NCBI RefSeq assembly: GCF_003918875.1
Contig: NW_025767088.1
Span: forward strand, 496,001 to 560,000
DNA: 64,000 nucleotides
Direction: 5' to 3'
Source: Haliotis rubra
Taxonomy: Eukaryota
Part shown: positions 36,689 through 48,856 of the stretch, one piece after another
Numbering within the stretch: the first letter of the stretch is position 1
Layout of the letters: every line of letters starts with the position of its first letter
The notes under the pieces: generated by a model
Told to the model about the DNA's origin: nothing
The model's database searches: none
What the model saw: only the letters and a program-made list of their open reading frames with translations
Position numbers and translations under genes: made by a program

Positions 36689-36915
36689 CAGTGTATAAAA
36701 TAAGGCCCGACCGAGACGGGTTAGATTTCAGACGGACGGTCTGCAGATTTACAGCTAGCCAACCCGATGGTCTGGAAAAAAATTGAGATGTTAGATCTAT
36801 ATACATCTGAGTCATATCTTGGTGTCTGGTCTGGTTAAATCCATTTTGGACTGGTAACGTTTTGAAGTTACCAGCCCTGATGTCTGGCTGGGGTTTGGGC
36901 TTATTTCATACACTG
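36689..36915. mobile_element. Second copy of the 7-bp-TSD MITE
   Basis: Same TIRs and body as 702-917; flanks are CTTCCAC / CTTCAAC. Confidence 0.85.
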
Positions 36916-38197
36916 CTTCAACATGTCATCTTGGTGACCATATGATAAAATATATACGTCATATGGTCTCTGGTCATCAGTATCTGGTAAATCCATATGC
37001 ATTTAGGAAAATCAGTATTTCAGATTAAAAATATGCTACCTCCCAGCAAGTGATCATGATAATACAAAGGTATATTAGAGTAAGTAACCAGGCTTCTCTG
37101 AGAGCTGTTTTTGGGGCAGACTCTCAAGGCATGACCCTTCATATACTCATCAGAAATTTGATTTATGAAGCTGAAATACTGGACTATTTAAAAATATGAA
37201 CATTCTCTTTTATCATGATTATATTCAAGATGGAATGGGTAGAGAAAATTCTCATTTCTGTGGTTCCTTGCAGTTATGTGACAGTATATTTGATTCCATA
37301 TCCTACTGAGAATGTCTTTGTAATGCAAAGTTTAATGTCAGATTCTAAACATGGCCCCCATGACAGCCATATTGAAATTTAGAAATCATCCATTTTTGCT
37401 CAAGTTTAGTAAAATGTTCACAATTAAGTGAACAGATGATCTTAAAATGTTATATGTTGAATATTATATTAGCACTGTTGTATGTTTCCGTCAGCACCAT
37501 GGAATCTGATGATTGTCACAAATCCCATGAGAATCCGCTCATGATTTGGTACGTAGTTACTATACAAAGGGATGAATATTCTGCATGTCTTGGAATTAAA
37601 ATCTAACTTGGATGATCGACAGGACTGAGGTTCCTGGACCTGTGTCATGTGAGAATAATGTTCCATGTTTGTGACATCTGAGAGCTGCATCACTGACCCA
37701 TTAAGATCCAGGTTAGAATTGATCTTCAGTAAGCCATGCTTGTCGTAAGAGGTGATTAACGGGATTGGGTGGTCAGGCCCGCTGACTTGGTCATTGCATC
37801 CCATTTGCTTAGATCGATGCTCATGCTTTTGATCACTGGACTGTCTGGTATGTCTGGTCCAGATTTGATTATTTACAGACCACTGCCATATTGCTGGAAT
37901 ATTAATGAGTGTGGAGTAAACTAAACTCACTCACACACTCACTCACTATTTTTAACTGCAGCCATAATGCTAAGACAAAAAGACATTTAGAATGAGAATA
38001 ACAAGAATTCTCAATACTTAGAACTACACCTTTTTTACTTGTCAATTATTGATGTACACCTGTATATCATATCAGCTATTTACAGGCTGATTAAAGCATT
38101 TGCTTGTCACGCTGAAGACCCAGGTTCGTTCCCCACAATGGGTACAATGTGTGAAGCCCATTCCTGGTATCCCCCTACTGTGATATTGCTGGAATAA

Positions 38198-38633
38198 TGT
38201 AATCGTATATATTTTCATGGGTGCAATATTCGCGGAAAGTTCACAAAAGACCTGTTAGCGCAGTTGTTTTTTCGTGCATTTCAATCATTTGAGTGATAGT
38301 ATCCATCATAGAGTTTTCACAGCCGATCAACATGACAACACCTGTCCCATATGCGAGATCAACTGACAACGAATTAAGGAAGAGTGTACACTAGGACTTA
38401 TGATAATTAAACATAGAAATCATAAAGTAGTATTTGTTGTTTATGAACACGTGTTGTTCACATGGTCAAATCGTTGATTGGCTGCATTTCATGTCTTTGT
38501 TTCAATTGCATGTTGTTCCAACTTGAGTATTTGTCATGACCATGAATATTTCGCTTGGTATGATTATTGATGCACGATCTTTTTGCGCTAAAAGCGCGAA
38601 AATTAATCCCACGCGAAAAAAACTATGATTACA
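38198..38633. mobile_element. MITE inserted into a family A SINE tail
   Basis: tgtaatcgta.at.ttttc..ggg...cccacgcgaaaaaaactatgattaca; the SINE tail resumes at ~38637. Confidence 0.6.
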
Positions 38634-40192
38634 ATATAGCTAAAATCGGCGTGGTAAAACCCAACTCACTCATCCAAACTCAGTCCTGGTGACATGTTAT
38701 TTTGTTTGTTTGCTGGTGAACGCCACACTCAGCATGTTGCAGCGGCCTTTACATTTTCAAATCTGGACCAGACAATCCACTGATTAACTGCGTGAGCAGT
38801 GATGAACACATTTGGGATACGATGAAGTGTCCACCACGTTAGCAATCAGCAACCCCTCTTATGACAAGCATGGGTTGCTGAAGACCGATTCTACCCCGAA
38901 TCCTCACGGGTGTGGAACATGCTTTGTGAGGATCTGTGGTGTGAAGCTTCCAGGTGTTAATGCTGAGTGGGGGGCAATGGGGGGTAGCCTAGTGGTTACA
39001 GCTTATGCTTGTCACACTGGAGACCCGGGTTCAATTCCCCACATGGGTACAATGTGTGAAGCCCATTTCTGGTGTACCCTGCCGTGATATTGCTGGAATA
39101 TTGCTAAGGCCAGACCAATTTTATTTCTTGTTTTACGGATTTTTGTCCTCAGAAAACCTAAATTTCCTAAAATACAATAATCTGGAGGGAACTGCTACAA
39201 ACAATATTCGAGTGAGTATGGTTTTACGCCGCTTTCAGCAATATTCCAGCAATATCACTGCTGGGGAACACCACAAATGGGCTTCACACATTGTACCCAT
39301 GTGGGGAATCGAACCCGGGTCTTTGGAGTGATGAGTGAACACTTTAACCACTAGGCCCCCCTGCAAATGATACATATGTATTGAGTTCTGACATCTCTGT
39401 CCTCATCACAAAGATGTCTCTGTGAGCATGTAGCTCAGGAAATAGCATATCGATGAATCAGTATGAAGTACATAAGGTAATCAATCTCCTACACCATCTG
39501 GTTATTAAATTTATTAGTTGTATATCTGGGCTGTTTGGATCGACTGTTTTTGTTTGTTCAAGATTTCATTCAGTATTATTTCCATTAATTTTGGTGAAAT
39601 TAGTATTTGAACTAAATTGCAGATCACACCATTTCAGTGGTTTTCAAAAAGGAAATAAAAGACAATTAATCCTCTCAACACAATTTTTATAAAGTATTAA
39701 GAAAAAAAATTGAATACTCAAATTGTATTTTGATTGCAACCACTGACAAAAGGTTTCTGGAAATATGATCCATAAGATCAAAGCAGTAATGGCAGAAAGG
39801 TCTTACTTAAGTGAGACCCATGAAGTAATAAGATTGTTGGCGCGAAACATTAATCGTTCTGGATCAGTGTCCCCTGAAGTCAACTCTGGCTTCAGTGTCC
39901 TCTCTTATCAAACATACCTGTGAAGGTCCTGGTTAGAATATTGATCTTCAGTAACCCATGCTTGTCGTAAGAGGCGACTAACAGCATCGGGTGGACTGGC
40001 TCGCTGACTTGGTTTACACGTCATCATATCCCAATTGCGTAGATCGATGCGCATGATCTTGATCAATGGATTGTCTGGTCCAGACTCGATTATTTACAGA
40101 CCGCCACAACAAACCAACAACAACTACTGAAGTGATGTTTATCATGTTTAATGTGCTTTCTCTTCCAGAAAAGGGAAAAGGAATAGCTTCAA

Positions 40193-43015
40193 ATGGAGAA
40201 ACAGCATTCGGTAAAGTTCTTCGAATCCTTTGTGAGAGATATTCACAAGGAATGCCAGAACTTTGTGTGCTTTGACCAGATGGTGGAGGTGAGTGGGTAC
40301 TTGTGTCTGGAGATCGACAACGTCAAGAAGGAGAGGTATTTGTTGAGTGAACTCATCCAAAGCTCAGGCAGCGTCATCAGCGAGCGCTTTTGCACCAAGG
40401 TGTTTCGGAACTGCCCAACTCAACGGCCATCAGCACAGAGGGGAAATGGTAAGAGAAACATGACACCCCCAAACCCAGCTTTGAACCAGAACAGACCTGG
40501 ACAGGGTGGGATAATCCGACAACAAAATATGTTGCAACAAAATACGCGTACCCATCTGAGCAGAGCAGGGCAAAGTCAACAGATGCAACGAACTTCTCAG
40601 GCTACCAGAAGTGGACAAAATGTTCCTAGTCATGTTCAGATGAACCCAAGAGTGCAAGGATTTCATATGAACCAACATCCACAAGCAAGTCCAGTTACAA
40701 GTAAGGGAGCAGGAACCATACAAGACAGACAAAGGCATAATTCTGTCAGCATTCCTTTAATGAACAGGCAAAGTAACAGCCAGGTGGTGATTGCAAAAAA
40801 TCCTAACAAACTTTCTTTTAATCAAAGATTAGACCAAGCAGTAAACTCACAATCTGATGACACTCAGAAGACAAAGGACATCAATCAAGGTGTGAATCAG
40901 CAAGGTCAAGGTCAATATGCAAAGCAGTTTAATCAATGTCAAGGTGTGAACCTGCAAGGTCAGGGTCAATACACAAATCATCAAGGTCAATGTGTCAACC
41001 AGCAAGGTCAAGGTCAATACAGAAGCCATGAAGGTCAATGTGTTAACCAAGTTGAAGGCTTCCAGGTTAAAGAAGGAAGGAATCAGACCAATGTACAGGA
41101 TCCTAACCTTGCAAATTTGTATGGTCAGAATGTGTTTCCTCAAGCTGTTCCTCAAAGCAGTGTGCTAGACAAGAGTAAGACAGCTGGAGCTGTTCATGCC
41201 ATCATTAAACAAGAGGAAGATCAAACTTGTAAAGAAGTTTATCAAACAGCTTCTATTAACTGTAATCAGCGAAACATCCATGACATGAAGCCAACTATTC
41301 ACAGTTCTGCTTTCACTGATCAAGACGGGGTTGGTGAAGTTAAAGGTGGCAATATTGACCGAGCACCCAGAACACCTTGTGACAGTTTACAACAAAAGGG
41401 TAGTAAAATATATGTCCAAGAAATTCCCCAGGCAGCTCAAACCTCAACTCAGGCCAGCAGAGTAACTTCAAGAAGAAGAAGCATTAACACGGGGCATGTT
41501 GGACAAAATCCAAGCTTAACAAACCAACAAGCCCGGCGCTTCAGTGCCCCAGTCCCAGATCAGGCTTTCCTTCAGCAAAGAGAAACCCCTAACCAAGGTG
41601 TTGAACAAACCAATCCAGTTCAAACTCTAGAAAAGGCTACACATCCATTAAAGTGGCAAGTTATTGAAGTGGAGCCTGAAGTATCAGTGGTTTCTGTGAC
41701 CCCAGGTGTGTCTGCTGTAACTTTGTCCACGAAGCCTCTATCAGAACCTGGCTGCAAGGACCACCCTCTCCAAAAGGATCCAGCTGCAATGAATCAAAAC
41801 AATCCTCCTCAGTTCATAAATCAAGGACCTGTAGCTCGGGCACAAGTCATGAATGTCACGGGATCATATAGCACAGGTCATGCACAAAAGATGCCTCAGA
41901 CCCAAAATGTGAATCCTGCACAAATGTTGAAAACAGAGGCACCACCAACTCTGTCTCCTGTGGACAGCATTAACTTTGCAGAGTCATGTCAAAAACACCA
42001 ACCATTTATATCTGTGCCACCTTGCGTCATTAACTCACAGTCACTGTCTCAGGAAGCCCAGCCAGCAGTGTCTAATTTGAAGAATACAAAGTTACAATCA
42101 GGTTACGAAAAACCAAGGTCAGAACCTTTTCCACAGTCATCAAATCAACCACCCAAACTACCTGTATGCACCACACAAGACGTATATCTGAGAGTATGTG
42201 CACTGAAACCTTCAAAGTCTGGTCCAAGTTCCAAGAATCTTCTTCAGTCATCAAATCAAGACCACAGACCCCCTGTTCTGATGCGAGAAAGGGAACCACC
42301 AGTCTTAGATCTCACAGAGTCCTCAAATGTAAACCCAAGACCACCCACACATTTCAACTCAAATCCCCACCCTCAAGCCCTTCACAAGAATATTGAGGGA
42401 CGACAGATGTATAACTCTCCTACACTATCACCACAAACTCAAGGAGATGTATCAGGTCCATTGTCATCAGATTCATTTGAGACCACTGCCAGGAGACCTT
42501 CATATCTTCAGGAATCTTCCTTCTTGAGTTCATCGCTGACCTCAACGGCTCATAATGAAGCTGACAGACAGCAGATAAAAATGAAACCATCCTTGAGTCA
42601 ACAGCCGGTGGCATCATCAACCGAACCCGTAACATCAGACTGGAAAACTTCCACAAGTCCGCCAATGGATCCCAATCCAAAAGCATCAGCTGTACCTGTT
42701 AAGAAAGCAAAGCTGAGCTTAGAACCAACTCCAGAAGACACTTCAATCTTGATGTCCAAGCAAACTAAACCAGCAGGCAAGAAAGGAAGAGAGACATCTG
42801 CCAAAAAACAAGTGAAGAAAGGAAGGCGAAAGTCCACAAAGCCAAAGAAGGTTGATGTGAATGATGTGACAAGTGATGAGGATAACTATGAGGTGTCAGC
42901 AGGTCCAGTCCCCAGGAGGAATCTGCGCAGCGCCCAGAGGACAGGGCGGCAGGTATACAGGGAGGAGGACCCTGACCTCAGTGACAGCAGTGTACCTGGA
43001 GACAACTGTCCTTAG
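40193..43015 (+). CDS. Paralogue 3 (940 aa): same N-terminal domain, long Q/P/S-rich disordered region, basic NLS-like tail, no DUF3504-like domain
   Basis: 2.8-kb open ORF starting MEKQHSVKFFESF...VSGYLCLEIDNVKKERYLLSEL. Acceptor ctttctcttccAG ends at 40168. KKQVKKGRRKSTKPKK lies near the C-terminus. Confidence 0.85.
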   Translation: MEKQHSVKFFESFVRDIHKECQNFVCFDQMVEVSGYLCLEIDNVKKERYLLSELIQSSGSVISERFCTKVFRNCPTQRPSAQRGNGKRNMTPPNPALNQNRPGQGGIIRQQNMLQQNTRTHLSRAGQSQQMQRTSQATRSGQNVPSHVQMNPRVQGFHMNQHPQASPVTSKGAGTIQDRQRHNSVSIPLMNRQSNSQVVIAKNPNKLSFNQRLDQAVNSQSDDTQKTKDINQGVNQQGQGQYAKQFNQCQGVNLQGQGQYTNHQGQCVNQQGQGQYRSHEGQCVNQVEGFQVKEGRNQTNVQDPNLANLYGQNVFPQAVPQSSVLDKSKTAGAVHAIIKQEEDQTCKEVYQTASINCNQRNIHDMKPTIHSSAFTDQDGVGEVKGGNIDRAPRTPCDSLQQKGSKIYVQEIPQAAQTSTQASRVTSRRRSINTGHVGQNPSLTNQQARRFSAPVPDQAFLQQRETPNQGVEQTNPVQTLEKATHPLKWQVIEVEPEVSVVSVTPGVSAVTLSTKPLSEPGCKDHPLQKDPAAMNQNNPPQFINQGPVARAQVMNVTGSYSTGHAQKMPQTQNVNPAQMLKTEAPPTLSPVDSINFAESCQKHQPFISVPPCVINSQSLSQEAQPAVSNLKNTKLQSGYEKPRSEPFPQSSNQPPKLPVCTTQDVYLRVCALKPSKSGPSSKNLLQSSNQDHRPPVLMREREPPVLDLTESSNVNPRPPTHFNSNPHPQALHKNIEGRQMYNSPTLSPQTQGDVSGPLSSDSFETTARRPSYLQESSFLSSSLTSTAHNEADRQQIKMKPSLSQQPVASSTEPVTSDWKTSTSPPMDPNPKASAVPVKKAKLSLEPTPEDTSILMSKQTKPAGKKGRETSAKKQVKKGRRKSTKPKKVDVNDVTSDEDNYEVSAGPVPRRNLRSAQRTGRQVYREEDPDLSDSSVPGDNCP

Positions 43016-43218
43016 GGAGCAGGGACTGTTTCATAGTATACCTGGAGACAACTGACCTCAGGAAGCAGGGACTGTTTCACATTGTACCTTTTATGAAGAT
43101 TATTTTGGACATGAATATAATAGTCAGTTTTTTCTGCTTTTTTGTCATAAATACATACCAGTAGTTCAAAGTAAAGAGTGAACAGTGTCTCTAAATTTAA
43201 GGGTGAAATGGCACACTT

Positions 43219-45182
43219 CAAGGATCCCTATACCCACCTCAACAACCCTTATTCCCACCCCAAGGATCCTTATTCCCACCTTAAGGATCCCTATACCCAC
43301 CTCAACAACCCTTATTCCCACCCCAAGGATCCTTATTCCCACCTAAAGGATCCCTATACCCACCTCAACAACCCTTATTCCCACCCCAAGGATCCCTATA
43401 CCCACCTCAACAACCCTTATTCCCACCCCAAGGATCCTTATTCCAACCTTAAGGTTCTCTATTCCCTCCTCAAGGACCCTTATTCCCACCTAAAGGATCC
43501 CTATACCCACCTCAACAACCCTTATTCCCACCCCAAGGATCCTTATTCCCACCTAAAGGATCCTTATACCCACCTCAACAACCCTTATTCCCACCCCAAG
43601 GATCCTTATTCCCACCTAAAAGGATCCCTATACCCACCTCAACAACCCTTATTCCCACCTAAAGGATCCTTATTCCCACCTCAAGGACCCTTTATTCCCA
43701 CCTAAAGGATCCCTATACCCACCTCAACAACCCTTATTCCCACCCCAAGGATCCTTATTCCCACCTAAAGGATCCCTATACCCACCTCAACAACAACCCA
43801 CCCTAAGGATTCTTATTCCCACCTTAAGGATCCTTATTCCCATTCCTTAAAGGATCCCTATACCCACCTCAACAACCCTTATTCCTACCCCAAGGATCCT
43901 TATTCCCACCTAAAGGATCCCTATCCCCACCTCAACAACCCTTATTCCCACCCCAAGGATCCTTATTCCCACCTAAAGGATCCCTATACCCACCTCAACA
44001 ACCCTTATTCCCACCCCAAGGATCCTTATTCCCACCTAAAGGATCCCTATGTACCACCTCAACAACCCTTATTCCTACCCCAAGGATCCTTATTCCCACC
44101 TAAAGGATCCCTATCCCCACCTCAACAACCCTTATTCCCACCCCAAGGATCCTTATTCCCACCTAAAGGATCCCTATACCCACCTCAACAACCCTTATTC
44201 CCACCCCAAGGATCCTTATTCCCACCTAAAGGATCCCTATACCCACCTCAACAACCCTTATTCCCACCCCAAGGATCCTATATACCCACCTCAACAACCC
44301 TTATTCCCACCCCAAGGATCCTTATTCCCACCCCTAAGGATCCCTATATCCCACCTCAACAACCCTTATTCCCACCCCAAGGATCCCTATACCCACCTCA
44401 ACAACCCTTATTCCCACCCCAAGGATCCTTATTCCCACCTTAAGGATCCCTATACCCACCTCAACAACCCTTATTCCCACCCCAAGGATCCTTATTCCCA
44501 CCTTAAGGATCCCTATACCCACCTCAACAACCCTTATTCCCACCCCAAGGATCCTTATTCCCACCTAAAGGATCCCTATACCCACCCTCAACAACCCTTA
44601 TTCCTACCCCAAGGATCCTTATTCCCACCTTAAGGATCCCTATACCCCCTCAACAACCCTTATTCCCACCCCAAAGGATCCTTATTCCCACCTTAAGGAT
44701 CCCTATACCCCACCTCAACAACCCTTATTCCCACCCCAAGGATCCTTATTCCCACCTTAAGGATCCCTATACCCACCTCAACAACCCTTATTCCCACCCC
44801 AAGGATCCTTATTCCCACCTTAAGGATCCCTATACCCACCTCAACAACCCTTATTCCTACCCCAAGGATCCTTATTCCCACCTAAAGGATCCCTATCCCC
44901 ACCTCAACAACCCTTATTCCTACCCCAAGGATCCTTATTCCCACCTAAAGGATCCCTATCCCCACCTCAACAACCCTTATTCCTACCCCAAGGATCCTTA
45001 TTCCCACCTAAAGGATCCCTATCCCCACCTCAACAACCCTTATTCCTACCCCAAGGATCCTTATTCCCACCTAAAGGATCCCTATCCCCACCTCAACAAC
45101 CCTTATTCCTACCCCAAGGATCCTTATTCCCACCTAAAGGATCCCTATCCCCACCTCAACAACCCTTATTCCTACATCAAGG
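43219..45182. repeat. 21-bp-subunit minisatellite with a 63-bp higher-order unit, downstream of paralogue 3
   Basis: aaggatccctatacccacctc / aacaacccttattcccacccc / aaggatccttattcccaccta repeated. Confidence 0.97.
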
Positions 45183-47383
45183 ACTCTGTACCAACCTCAG
45201 TTTTAAACAATTCCGCCGTGATGTTGCTGGAATATTGCTAAAAGCGGTGTAAAACCAAACTCAGTCAGTCAGTTTAAACAATTGTCATATGAAAGCAATA
45301 GAGACTTATCTCAGTGTCAATATTTACTTCAATACAGCACCTCTCTGAGTGAAAATCGGCACAGGTCAACAGGTCATGTCAGGTGAACTTTACTATCGAC
45401 CAATCAGAAATGAGTCTCAATAGACTTAGACCAGCATATCTGATATCTGTCTCTCAAAAACAAGAAATTATTCTCATTAAACATCTCTTACTTGGAAAGT
45501 GTTTTCAGAAGTGGGATTTTGTTCCCTGACATTTCTCTTATTTTGTTTTAGATGAATTATAAATTTCCCTAGAAAATGTTCACAAGCTTATGATATTTGT
45601 TATCATCATAATCTGACAGCTGAATCCTTTGAATCCCTGAAAATGTGAAATTTCTGAATTGTCATGGTCAAAAACATCTTTCATCTGGATTGGATGGACA
45701 AGGTCGGACAAAGGTCGCTCAGGGTTACCTCTGGTGACCTCTGGATGTGTCCCTTCTTAACGTGCAATTTTGATCTAAACAGGATTGTCCAGAATAGCAG
45801 AAGGGAATCTGTGATATGATATGATATGATAGAAGTATCATTACGTTTTTAGGGGAATCTTCTGGATAATTAAGGGTGAGTAACTGAAGGATATTTGGAT
45901 GGCATTGAAGGTCTGCACACTGTAGATTAAGTGCCTTAATGTTTTCAGTTCTTGTGTAATCAATATAAAAGGACTCTTTTCTTTGTTGTGCGGTTACTTT
46001 GCAAATTTGTGCAAATACCTGTGACATTCCATGAAAGTCATTCATGCTGTGTGGGTTTTTTTATGTCATGTTTTAGCTGAATCAAAAATGTGATTGAGCT
46101 CAGCTCATGGCTTGTTTACCCATCATGCACCAGATGTCTTTGTGACTAAACATTGTTGCAACACAAAAATTTCTTCCATTTTGTTTTTTATTTCTTTGCT
46201 CACCTAATCTGAACGTTCATGTGAATATTTCCCATTGTCTATTTGCATTCTAATGTCTCTTAAGTGTTCACAGCATTCTGATTCTATTTTTAACATGTCT
46301 GCAATGGTGGCCATATTGAAAATTTTGTTTTTGCAAGAGTTTGAATATGCCATATCAGGCATAATGAAAAGATATTCATAGTAATTATTCAGTCACATTT
46401 GCAAATGCCATTAAACTTTTTCAAAATTCTATTTTCTAAAGAACATCTGAAAATCAGTGCCGTCAGCAAGTTTTGTTTTGTTGTCCTACATGACGAAACG
46501 CTGTTGCCAACATGGACAGGTGAGCAACAGTGCTGGGGCAAAATTTTCACTCACAATGTTTCTTTTAGATATATGTTGATAAATTCTATTTTTGTTTCAT
46601 TTTCTGAATGTAAAGCAGTATCCTGGTTTAAGAAAGATGAATGCTGAGGATTGTTAGAAAAAATATATATACTGATTTTGTCAATTATAAAGCACCAGGA
46701 ATTTTGGAATGTTATTGTTAATTGTTGTAGAGTTGTTTTTTTTTCGAATATGTTTTCGAATAGTGCAGAAATATCTTTGATTTATTATTTCACTGCTTGA
46801 AGGTCAGCTGTACCTTCAGTATAATTCAATAAAGGAATCACTTTCACCCTAGAGACAAACAGGATAAACTTTCTCATTGGCATGTAATGAGCACAGTTTA
46901 GAGGCTATGTAGCTTTATGTTAGACATGTTTTGCATGTTGAAGACTTTAATAAATCTGTACATTGTATAACTTGATTTGATAATCTTCACAGGATTGTGC
47001 GGACATAAGCAGACATATTTTCATTTGGTTTAGTACTTCGGCTGTTTTGATTTTGTATTCATGTTATGTTTGTATTAATTGAGTTTTGACTTCTGTTGTT
47101 TTGTTTTATTAAAGTTTTATAAAAGTATCTGATGTTTTTTATGTGTTCGTCATATAGATTTTACCTGCCAGGTGTATTTCTGTGAAGGCAGCAGTACAAA
47201 GACAACATCAGATGGCTACAGTCCTCCAAGTGTCAGTGCAGGAAAAGTCTGCAGTAGACATTTAAAAAACCCATGAAGATCTGGGTTAGAGTTGGTCTTC
47301 AGTAACTGTTGCTTGTCGTAAGAGGCGACTAACAGGATCGGGTGGTCAGGCTCCCTGACTTGGTTGACACATATCCTCTATCC

Positions 47384-47615
47384 CAGGGGTGGAAATAACC
47401 CATTGGCCCACGCCCGAGTCCAGTGTTTTTTTCTGTCGGGCAAGCAAATTTGTATATCACACTGTACCGGTGTCCAGGTGACTTTCCAATATTAATTATG
47501 TTGTTTATTTAAAAAAATCAACAAGAAAACGGCCAGTATAGTGGAAAAATTATCAGGGCAAGTGATTTTACATGTGCCACTGTACACTAGTGTTTAAATG
47601 TTATTTCCACCCCTG
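47384..47615. mobile_element. MITE (TIR caggggtggaaataac) with a 5-bp TSD TATCC, inside a family B copy
   Basis: Perfect 16-bp TIR; tatcc on both sides. Confidence 0.8.
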
Positions 47616-48009
47616 TATCCCATATGCGTAAATCTATGCTTAAGCTGTTGATCACTGATGTCTATTCCAGACTCGATTATTTACAGACCACCTCCATAAG
47701 GCTGTACTATTGCTGAGTGTGTCATTGAACAACAAACAATTGTAAACAAAACTTAGCATTAAACAACAAACAAACAATAGTAGATACCTCATACCTTGTT
47801 GATTGCAGTATTCCAGTTATGCCAGTTATGTCACAGCCTGTAAATTATAAAACCTCAGACTGTCTAAACCAGTGGGTGATGTTATGAGTGTGGTCCGGCT
47901 AATTCTGGGCAAGGTGACACACAGCCACTCACTCACTCACTACAAGCTATGGTGACCTCTGTGGCCAGGCATGACCCACTTAGGGTGTATTTTAACAAGG
48001 AATCCTATG

Positions 48010-48600
48010 ACCATACAGTCCCTCTTGAGCAAACATAGGTCATTGGGGATCTATTTTTGTTCTGGATCCCATACAGTACCCTCGTGAGCAAACATAAATC
48101 ATTGGGGACCAATTATTGTTCTGGATCCCATACGGTGCCCTCTTGAGCAAACATAGGTCATTGGGGACCTATTTTTGTTCTGGATCCCATACTGTGCCCT
48201 CTTGAGCAAACATAGGTCATTGGGGACCTATTGTTCTGGATCCCATACGGTACCCTCTTGAGCAAACATAGGTCATTGGGGACCAATTATTGTTCTGGAT
48301 CCCATACGGTACCCTCTTGAGCAAACATAGGTCATTGGGGACCTATTATTGTTCTGGATCCCATACGGTACCCTCTTGAGCAAACATAGGCCATTGGGGA
48401 CCTTGAGCAAACATAGGTCATTGGTTCTGTTCTGATCCCATACGGTGCCCTCTTGAGCAAACATAGGTCATTGGGGACCTATTATTGTTCTGATCCCATA
48501 CGGTGCCCTCTTGAGCAAACATAGGTCATTGGGGACCTATTATTGTTCTGGATCCCATACGGTACCCTCTTGAGCAAACATAGGTCATTGGGGACCTATT
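48010..48600. repeat. ~59-bp minisatellite, ~10 copies
   Basis: tggatcccatacggtaccctcttgagcaaacataggtcattggggacctattattgttc. Confidence 0.95.
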
Positions 48601-48856
48601 GGACTGAAGACCTGAAAATATGGTACTTGTTGGTCCCTGCCTGGCACTCGGCATTAATGGGTACAACAAGGACTGGTTGGCTCGGAGTCAGTATAATGTG
48701 TATGAGTGGGGTATTCATGCTTCACTGCGGCATGGTATCTCAGCAAGCTAGCACTATAAAACCAGCTTACGTCAGGGCTAGTACAAGCAGCCACACATAC
48801 ACACCCATGAACGTCGTCATGTGAGCGAAATATTCTTAAGTAAGACGTTGAAACCC
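48601..48856 (+). mobile_element. 5'-truncated SINE with a Meta-domain-like core
   Basis: aagacctgaaaatatggtacttgttggtccctgcctggcactcggcattaatggg resembles the MetaSINE core as I recall it. The 3' end gaaatattcttaagtaagacgttgaaacc resembles the family A/B tail. Confidence 0.55.

Noticed and set aside
43178-44881. His/Pro-rich repeat ORFs on both strands
   Set aside because: Translations of the 21/63-bp tandem array; no splice or start support.
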